DNA of 63,307 nucleotides, the filler included, from Octopus bimaculoides (Eukaryota), in the NCBI RefSeq assembly GCF_001194135.2. It is 5 parts of 5 records of this genome, joined end to end, with 100 filler letters (N's around TTAATTAATTAA, not from the genome) between each part and the next. Parts side by side here need not be neighbours in the genome. Positions count along the whole stretch, not along the records: positions 28,749 to 55,009 come from NC_068996.1; positions 55,110 to 62,168 come from NC_068994.1; positions 62,269 to 63,307 come from NC_069008.1; 2 more parts are not named here. One strand, 5' to 3'. Numbering within the stretch: the stretch's first letter is position 1; each line of letters starts with the position of its first letter. Positions 53,983 through 63,307 of the stretch are shown here, in pieces. The translations under genes were made by a program, and so were the position numbers. A model generated the notes under the pieces. It was not told the DNA's origin. It made no database searches and saw nothing but the letters and a program-made list of their open reading frames with translations.

Positions 53983-54443
53983 TGGGGTTGATCAAATAAG
54001 TACCAGCTAAGCACCGGGGTCCATGCAATCAACTCCCAACTCTGCTTAAAGTTGCTGGTTTTGTGTCAAGATTGGAAAGAGTTATTATTACACTTAAAGT
54101 ATTGAACGCAGTGTCATTGGGATCGCATGTGTCCCATTCCTGACATTAATTTCTATTTATTCTCCTCCAAGGTCAATATTTACTTGTAGTTGAATATAAA
54201 TATAGTTTATGAGATATAAACTATATTTATATTCAACTACAAGTAAATATTGACCTTGGAGGAGAATAAATAGAAATTAATGTCAGGAATGGGACACATG
54301 CGATCCCAATGACACTGCGTTCAATACTTTAAGTGTAATAATAACTCTTTCCAATCTTGACACAAAACCAGCAACTTTAAGCAGAGTTGGGAGTTGATTG
54401 CATGGACCCCGGTGCTTAGCTGGTACTTATTTGATCAACCCCA
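53983..54443. repeat. Near-perfect palindrome with 228-bp arms and a 5-nt spacer
   Basis: 53983-54210 is the reverse complement of 54216-54443. Confidence 0.9.
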
Positions 54444-55239
54444 AAAGGAAGAAATGGAAAATCGACTACGGCAGATCTTGAACTCGGAAGGTAAACGTCC
54501 AAAACAAATGCTATTAAACGTTTTGTCAGGTGTTTTGTCAAACACTTACACACATAAATATATAGAGAGAGAGAGGGATACAAACATATGCATATATGTG
54601 TTTAAGTATGTATCTATACCAGTGTGTGTGTAAGCATATTATTAATATCTATCTATAATTACATATATACATATGAATACATTCACACGCATGCGTGCAC
54701 ACTCATACATATGCGGATACAAATGTATGCATTTATGTGTATATGTATATATGCCTATGCCCGTATGTGGCTGTGAAAATATATATATATCAACACATAT
54801 ACACACACTCACACTTACACATACATACACATATACATTCATATATATATGTATGTGTGTGTGTGTGTGTGTGTGTGGAGAAAGAGAGGGAGATAGGGAG
54901 AAGGAGTTTGAGAGAGGGATACAAATATATGCATATATGCGTATAAATAGGTCTCTTTGCTCGTATGTGTGTGAGTAAGCATATATCTATCTATATACCT
55001 ATATATATANNNNNNNNNNNNNNNNNNNNNNNNNNNNNNNNNNNNNNNNNNNNTTAATTAATTAANNNNNNNNNNNNNNNNNNNNNNNNNNNNNNNNNNN
55101 NNNNNNNNNCTTATAAACGCTTATGAAATTTATACATTAATATTTGCTTAAAATAACATATTTTTACATTTATTTATTTAACAGTATTTAACAAATAGGT
55201 TTATTATCAATTAAAAGATTTCGATTAAAAAACATATAT

Positions 55240-55340
55240 AAAATCAAATTGCCCATAAAAAGTATTTGCAGTCCACGGACCCCTGTCTTGTCTTTGCGGA
55301 CCCCCTGTGGTCCGCGGACCAGTTTGAAAACCCCTGATCT
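55240..55340. mobile_element. hAT (Charlie-like) MITE end
   Basis: GTCCACGGACCCC...GGTCCGCGGACCAGTTTGAAAACCCCTG is a typical hAT terminus; a similar fragment lies at ~57160-57200. Confidence 0.5.
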
Positions 55341-56691
55341 AGAAGATTCCTAATAGTCTTGCTGTTACTGAAGTTGTTGGTGTTATTGTCGTTGTGATGA
55401 CTATGGACGTGAGGACGAAGGCGTGGTTGATGTTTCATGTTTGAGGCAGATATGGGCGAGGTCACGAAATCTATAGGTGTTACTTGAAACCCTCAACACA
55501 CGCAATATTTTATTCTTTGCATTTGCTTGTTTGTTGTTGTTTTTGTTGTTTTCTTCTATGATTTTCGATGTCTTTATTACGCCTTTGTTTCGTCTATGTT
55601 CATGCAGATTCAATGAACAGTCATATGAATGTGTGTATATATGTATGTTCACAAGTATACATAAAAAGATAGATACATATACACATACGTATAATATACA
55701 GACACACACATATATATATATATATATAACTTTGGAATTGATTCTAGAATTACATATCAAGCAATGAATAATGCATTTCTACTATACGCACAAAGCCTGA
55801 AATTTTGACAGAGGGGTTAGTCGATTAGATCGACCCTAGTACGCAACTGGTACTTGATTTATCGACCTCCCCCCCCCCNNNNNNNNNNNNNNNNNNNNNN
55901 NNNNNNNNNNNNNNNNNNNNNNNNNNNNNNNNNNNNNNNNNNNNNNNNNNNNNNNNNNNNNNNNNNNNNNNNNNNNNNNNNNNNNNNNNNNNNNNNNNNN
56001 NNNNNNNNNNNNNNNNNNNNNNNNNNNNNNNNNNNNNNNNNNNNNNNNNNNNNNNNNNNNNNNNNNNNNNNNNNNNNNNNNNNNNNNNNNNNNNNNNNNN
56101 NNNNNNNNNNNNNNNNNNNNNNNNNNNNNNNNNNNNNNNNNNNNNNNNNNNNNNNNNNNNNNNNNNNNNNNNNNNNNNNNNNNNNNNNNNNNNNNNNNNN
56201 NNNNNNNNNNNNNNNNNNNNNNNNNNNNNNNNNNNNNNNNNNNNNNNNNNNNNNNNNNNNNNNNNNNNNNNNNNNNNNNNNNNNNNNNNNNNNNNNNNNN
56301 NNNNNNNNNNNNNNNNNNNNNNNNNNNNNNNNNNNNNNNNNNNNNNNNNNNNNNNNNNNNNNNNNNNNNNNNNNNNNNNNNNNNNNNNNNNNNNNNNNNN
56401 NNNNNNNNNNNNNNNNNNNNNNNNNNNNNNNNNNNNNNNNNNNNNNNNNNNNNNNNNNNNNNNNNNNNNNNNNNNNNNNNNNNNNNNNNNNNNNNNNNNN
56501 NNNNNNNNNNNNNNNNNNNNNNNNNNNNNNNNNNNNNNNNNNNNNNNNNNNNNNNNNNNNNNNNNNNNNNNNNNNNNNNNNNNNNNNNNNNNNNNNNNNN
56601 NNNNNNNNNNNNNNNNNNNNNNNNNNNNNNNNNNNNNNNNNNNNNNNNNNNNNNNNNNNNNNNNNNNNNNNNNNNNNNNNNNNNNNNNNNN

Positions 56692-56725
<34 letters not shown>

Positions 56726-57991
56726 TAAATTTAGATTTAGTAGGGTATTTAGATACCACTTGCTATAACCTGAGCCATCGCTTGAAAAACACCAGTAACT
56801 CACTATTAAGATACATACGGACAATGCAATGAATATAGGAGAAACAGGCTTACCTTGCGTGGAATACATAAGTAAGGAAAGTATATTTCAATATCAATTG
56901 ATTTCACCGTCTGTATGACAAACATACTCTGGGATCGTCAATTGAAAATAACATTTTTAACATGTATTTCTGAAATATTCATCATCGTGAGCCAGTATAA
57001 ATTTAAATAAAGAAGGATTATTACCGTTAGTAATGATAATAGTAGGTGGTTAGCAAAATATAAGCTACAGGCAAAATATAAGCTAAATTTAGATTCAGTA
57101 GGTTATTTAAATACCACTTGCTATAATCAGAGCCATCGCCCGGAAATTTTGAATTAAGTTCACGGACCGCCAGTACTACCTTTGCGGACCACCAGGGTTA
57201 CTTCTACTTTTATAGCACGTACAGAAAACGTTGTTGCACGAATGCATGCAGCACATGTACTACAGCAGTACTATACGTAGCTTAAATACTAAGATTGAAA
57301 AGCCAGGGGCAATTTACGCCTACTTGATCTACCAAAAAAATGAAATATTTTGCATTTTATGCATAGTAATCAGACTAACTTTCATAATTTTATTGAAGTA
57401 GGTGCATATTTTGCCATAAAAGGAAAATGTTGCTATCGATCTATTTTNNNNNNNNNNATATGCACATATATACACACATACATACACACATACCACCCAA
57501 TCTATCACCCTGACTACCTACCTAAATACATACATATATATTTACATCCATATACTCATACATACCTACGTAAAAAGTCACATGCATGCATATATACTTG
57601 TATACGTACACACCAAGCAAACCTACTTCCACACACACACACATACAATATATATTAATAGACATATATAGCCACAACCGTAATTATCCATACATACCCT
57701 TATGCCTACTTGTAATCATGCCTACATATTTATCTACCCACCTTCATACTTATACATATACATACAGGTGTATGTTATTATGTATGTGTAGACGCATGCG
57801 CATGTTTATATGTACGTACATACTTATATTATGCGACCATCTTTTTAAGTGTGAGTAATTGTCTATGTATACGCATGTATACCTGTATTATATGCGAGCA
57901 TCTGTGCATCTATATTTGCTGTGTATGTGTTGTATATGTGTATACGCACATATAAGCGTGTATATGTATGTGCATGAATGTATGGCTATGA

Positions 57992-58085
<94 letters not shown>

Positions 58086-58450
58086 CTCTGTGTGTGTTCC
58101 CGAATCCCTGATCATCTTAAGATCATATAGAATCATCAAATCCTTAATCCGTTAATCCTGAACGGGATCTGAAGGGCTGTTAGTAAGAGAACAAAGCAAG
58201 GGAGAAGAAGAGGAGGAAAAGAAAAGACAAAATATAAGCATTTTAAATATATATATGCATATATATATATGTGTGTGTGTATGTATATATATATGTGTGT
58301 GTGTGTGAGTGTGTGTGTGTATATATGTGTGAGTTAGATTCACAAAGTTAGATTCATACTACATACATACATGCATATCTACCTACCTACCTACCTACCT
58401 ACCAGCCTACCCAGCCACCTTTCCCCCGCCCTCTCTCCCTTCCTACCTAC

Positions 58451-58510
<60 letters not shown>

Positions 58511-58950
58511 GTATACACATACATGCTTATATATATATATGCATATACGTGTGTGTGTGTGAGTGTGTGTGTGTATATATATATGGGAGAATATACAAAT
58601 AATAACAACAGACGAGGACAGGTGGTGTAAATAACAAAAGTATATATTAGTATGACGCTCGGGAATACGGAAAGTCTTTGACGTTTCGAGCTACGCTCTT
58701 CAACAGAAAGAATACGGAGACAAGGAGAAAAACACGGAGAAAAAAATTGAATGTGTGTGTGTGTGTGTGTGTGTGGCTCCAGTTTCTTAATGAGGAAGTC
58801 CACTATTCTAAGATTAATTGTTTTACGTTGAGTGGCCCTGATAGATGCCACGTCGGCCCCTGAACACAGTTTGAAGTTGTTGATGATGCAATTATATAGT
58901 ATACATCCCACGATGCTATGCCCGGTGAGCCCAACTGTATATTAAGTCCC

Positions 58951-59652
58951 CATTTGCAGATCGCATAACATATAGCAATACGAGGATGTTGTGTCGACGC
59001 CCCCCAGACGATGAAGTAGGCTAGCCCAATACGTAGATATAGAGAGAGAAGTCTAGACGTCGAGGTAGTTGAGTAGAGGTCATCCGAACGTGCGATATAA
59101 CAGTGGCGACGAGGATTTCGTAGCTCACACAGCTAATGTGTAGTATTGCGATATAACTGAGGAGTTGCTGAAAAGTTTCTGGCTTTAAGGGTGTCCTGAA
59201 AGGCCTGGTTGTAGGTCCAAACTTCCAAGTTCTTTCACAGGGCTTAGAAACACTGAAGGACCACTGTAATAATTGTGTGAATCTGAGAGAGGAATATGCT
59301 GAATAAAGTTATATTTAACTGACCATCTAGTATTTTCTTTTACCCAAAGCCAGGAACTTTTTAGCACCCCCTTATAATAGTTCTGTTGTTGAAATAGAGT
59401 AGTTTTAGAAAGTACATGTCCGACTTGGATTACAGCAACTCCTCAGTTATATCGCAATACTACACATTAGCTGTGTGAGCTACGAAATCCTCGTCGCCAC
59501 TGTTATATCGCACGTTCGGATGACCTCTACTCAACTACCTCGAAGTCTAGACTTCTCTCTCTATATCTACGTATTGGGCTAGCCTACTTCATCGTCTGGG
59601 GGGCGTCGACACAACATCCTCGTATTGCTATATGTTATGCGATCTGCAAATG
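58951..59652. repeat. Long inverted repeat with 220-bp arms and a 262-bp spacer
   Basis: 58951-59170 is the reverse complement of 59433-59652; one mismatch was noticed. Confidence 0.9.
59156..59374. mobile_element. Tc1/mariner-like MITE
   Basis: Imperfect TIRs GAGGAGTTGCTGAAAAGTTTCTGGCTTT / AAAGCCAGGAACTTTTTAGCACCCCCT, flanked by TA. Confidence 0.7.
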
Positions 59653-60280
59653 AGGTTTACTGACTTCAGTAATCGTCTGGCGAAAGATGGAGCATAATCG
59701 GTTTTTTTTTATTAAGCTTGGTGTTCGTACTTTTGTCAACTGTGTTGCAGAACATGTTGCGTATACAGGCCATTTCATTTCGTGCGTATGTGGCATTGGC
59801 TGTAGTGGACAAGGCTGACACATAGTACACAAACAGGTTTCTACTGTCAGCTTTCTGGTAGCCGTAATCCTGAGCTGGAAATCGAGAAGAGAGAGGCTTC
59901 CAGAGTCATCTGGGTGTTCAAATTTAAATTTTATGTGTTCGTTGACGATGTTTAATCTCTGGTGTATGTCGATAGCTTCTTTCCAGGAGAAGACAAGCAT
60001 CTGGATGTCGTCGATGTATCTGGAGTAAAAGGCGCATAAGTAGCAGTTGCTGAAGCATCGTGCGCTGCAGTTGGTCTATGCAGGCTTGAGATAACCAGCA
60101 GGCCTGACGAGCTTGATCCAATCGGTAGACCTAAGACCAGCTTATGTACTACGTGGTTGTACTTGAAGCAGGTGTTACAAAATATGCTTCATAGATCTTG
60201 GATGTCTGAGAGTGTAACGCCAAAGGAATGGAGGTAGGTAACTGAAGAGAGAAAAGTGGAAGAAGGCTGGACAAATACGG
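59653..60280 (-). pseudogene. Penelope-like element reverse transcriptase fragment
   Basis: GLPIGSSSSGLL, then a frameshift, then FYSRYIDDIQMLV...NIVNEHIKFKFEHPDDSGSLSLLDFQL...RNEMACIRNMFC. Confidence 0.8.
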
Positions 60281-60314
60281 TGATTTTACACTATAAATAC
60301 ATATATATATATTC

Positions 60315-60540
60315 ATGTACTTGTTTCAATCATCAGAATGTGACCATGTTGGAGCACCGCCTTTAAGAATTTTTAGTCGAATATATCAGCCCCAGAAGTA
60401 CTTTTTTTTAAAGCCTAGTACTTATATTCAATCGTTTTCTTTTGCCGAAGCGCTAGTTTACTGGGATGTAAACACACCAACACTGGTTGCCAGGCGGTAG
60501 TGGGGAGACCAACCAAACACAGACACAAAGATACATACAT
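60315..60540 (-). mobile_element. SINE family A, 3' half
   Basis: TACTTGTTTCAATCATC...GGAGCACCGCCTTT...GCCTAGTACTTAT...GTAAACACACCA matches the family A tail. Confidence 0.75.
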
Positions 60541-60541
60541 A

Positions 60542-60572
<31 letters not shown>

Positions 60573-61252
60573 NNNNNNNNNNNNNNNNNNNNNNNNNNNN
60601 NNNNNNNNNNNNNNNNNNNNNNNNNNNNNNNNNNNNNNNNNNNNNNNNNNNNNNNNNNNNNNNNNNNNNNNNNNNNNNNNNNNNNNNNNNNNNNNNNNNN
60701 NNNNNNNNNNNNNNNNNNNNNNNNNNNNNNNNNNNNNNNNNNNNNNNNNNNNNNNNNNNNNNNNNNNNNNNNNNNNNNNNNNNNNNNNNNNNNNNNNNNN
60801 NNNNNNNNNNNNNNNNNNNNNNNNNATATGTATGTATGTATATATGCATATATGGAAAATATAGGGAATATAAGCGATAATAAATTATGGAGTAGACAGC
60901 CAGGATAATAAAGTGTATTGTGTAGACCTCCTGCGATTGGAACGTAACATATAAACCTCCCGAGTCTTTATATCTAAGCATGCTTTCAGTTTAACAAACA
61001 AACGACACACATTCTAACATATATATTCGCTCACCCACACATAAAATATATACCTATATAGGTTATAGATACCCACGCACACACACAAACATATATATGT
61101 ATGCGTGCGAGTGTGCGTGTGTGTGTTTGTTCATAAGGAGATAGAGAAATAGAGAAAGCGAGCGAGTGTGAGAGGGGGGGGGGTAAAGATTGATAGATAG
61201 ATGTGTTATCATTTAGATTAAATGTATACAACTCAGCCTCATAGTGTATCAT

Positions 61253-61287
<35 letters not shown>

Positions 61288-61899
61288 CTCGCGCACGAAT
61301 ACATGTCTATACACACACATATACAAATACATATGTCCTGTGTGTACATGAGTATATATATATAAATAGGTTATTAATAGAGTAGGGGCGCCGCTTGCTT
61401 TACTTCCAAAGAGACAAACATAAACAATGAATTAAAAAAGTCGCTATACATACATAAACATATATACATATTATACACAAACATTTTGCATAAACTGTAT
61501 AAAACATAATACACACATTATATATAAACATTTTACATAAATCATTCAAGCAAGCGAAGTGGGTTATACGAGATCAGACAATCTGCTAGAGATTGCAACA
61601 AAAATTTTCCCGAATGACATCCTCTTGTCTTTTCCCGAATGACATTCTCCTAGTTTTAGGTATCCTGCATATGGGAAAATGATGGAATGATCATTTTGAT
61701 CTTAGGCATGTTCGATTACATTTGATCTAGATTTAAATGACACAACATACCAAACCTTGGTGAATATATACAAGAAGCAGGCATACACAACACTAGTAAT
61801 TCTTCCATCTGTGATACACATTGTATATCGCCACAACGTTACGGTTTCAGTACTCACTCAAATAAAGAATATAGGCCAGGAAGAATTGGTCTTATCAAT

Positions 61900-62105
61900 G
61901 AACTGCCAATGAAAACTCATGGACACACGCGACATGATAATTCAACTGCTTGTTCCAATCCTGTACAACAGACTCGATCTAATAAACCAAACAATAGACA
62001 TAGGAATCAGGATATCCTCTGGTTCAACTCGATTTTCGGTTCGCATGTTTCAAATTCGCTGGAAAAATTTTTGCTGATTTGGACAAGTGTTTTCCTAAAT
62101 CTGAA
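61900..62105 (+). pseudogene. Penelope-like element fragment (linker between RT and GIY-YIG)
   Basis: NNRHRNQDILWFNSIFGSHVSNSLEKFLLI resembles the PLE motif RxRxIxWFNPPxSxxVxTNxGxxFL. Confidence 0.6.
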
Positions 62106-62268
62106 CGGTGTCATGCTATTTTTAATGTGCTTATATACATATAACATATATATATATATATATATATANNNNNNNNNNNNNNNNNNNNNNNNNNNNNNNN
62201 NNNNNNNNNNNNTTAATTAATTAANNNNNNNNNNNNNNNNNNNNNNNNNNNNNNNNNNNNNNNNNNNN

Positions 62269-62307
<39 letters not shown>

Positions 62308-62494
62308 TGTGGTGGTGGTAGTAGTAGTGGTGGTGGTGGTGGTGGTGGTGGAGGCAGTGGTGTAGGTGTTGGTGGTGATAGTAGTAGTAGTGGCGGTGAT
62401 GGTTGTTGTTGTGGTGGTGGTGATGGTGATGGTGGAGATGGTGGTAGTGGCAGCGGCGGAGGTGATGGTGCAATTTCTATTATCCTTGTCATTT

Positions 62495-62830
62495 AACCCC
62501 AGGTCAGTCCTGATCCAGACAGACCCATGATCAAAGATGTTCCAACCATGACCATCCCATCTTTTCTCCAGGCATAGTGTATCTAGGACTACATTATCTT
62601 ATGTGTCCTTCCTTGTTTGTTCTAGTTATTGTTTAGCCCCAGGTCAGTCCTGATCCAGTAGACCTATAATCAAAAATGACCATCCCATCCCATATTTTAT
62701 TCAGGCATAGTGTATCTAGGACTACATTATCTAATGTGTCCTTCCTTTTTATTCATAATTAGCCACAGGTCAGTCCTAATCCAACACACCTATGATCAAA
62801 GTGATTCCAGCCATGACCCTCACTCTCTGC
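62495..62830 (+). repeat. Tandem repeat, ~3 diverged units of ~130-140 bp
   Basis: Repeating CAGGTCAGTCCTGATCCA...CAGGCATAGTGTATCTAGGACTACATTATC. Confidence 0.8.
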
Positions 62831-63307
62831 TTTCCCCAATGCAATCCACGCAATCCATTCCATGCTTGTTTTTCTGTAAAAGGTTGTGGTGCAATCTGAT
62901 GGTTGTTTGGCTGCTATTTCTAGCAGATCGAGTACCTACATATCAGCTTCCTCAACTGAAAGGCGCCACACATTGGGGGTCAAGTAGCTGTGCATGTCAA
63001 GTGCAGTTTTATTGACTGCTGCACACTTCACTTGCAACATGGTCAGTGGGTCACGTCAGTCGCTGCTCCTCCATTTCCTGCATGATGCAGCATGAGTTAA
63101 CGAGGGAAGCTACATGTGGTTGCTTGAAATAGAAGCTACACATTCGAACCTCCAGGGTAAGCCCTGCCATTTGCCACCATCTATATCTCTCTCTCTTCCT
63201 TTATTCAATCATCCCTTTTATATTCCGATCCCCGTCCCTTGTGAGTATGCCCACCATTTTGCCAGCATCTCCATCCTGCTGTCCCCTACTCTCTCTCTCT
63301 CTCTCTC

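Overview
Repeat-rich, gappy eukaryotic scaffold, most likely an octopus (cephalopod) draft genome, inferred from the tRNA-derived SINEs and dense microsatellites. Most ORF-track entries are microsatellite or N-gap artefacts. No complete host gene is visible: there is one plausible terminal coding exon (44443-44790, -) and two weaker exon candidates. Recognisable mobile DNA comprises several tRNA-SINE families, R4/Dong-like non-LTR fragments, Penelope-like (PLE) RT/GIY-YIG fragments, hammerhead-ribozyme-like motifs, hAT and Tc1/mariner MITE-like elements, and a ~3.9 kb degenerate telomere-like array. The most striking structure is at 33695-37429 (-). Two different, apparently full-length non-LTR elements encoding only ORF1 (RRM-like + CCHC knuckle, no EN/RT) are inserted in tandem at the same site in the tRNA head of a SINE, with three copies of the target sequence (two TSD pairs). 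They share a 5' CGCATGCG motif, a 5' splice donor about 80-86 nt in, and a covarying 3' hairpin followed by AATAAAG. A similar 3' hairpin+AATAAAG end occurs on SINE tails elsewhere in the window, one of them at the equivalent A-box position of a second SINE family. This suggests a tRNA/SINE-head-targeted Tx1-like retrotransposition system with non-autonomous riders. All alignments and translations were done by eye.
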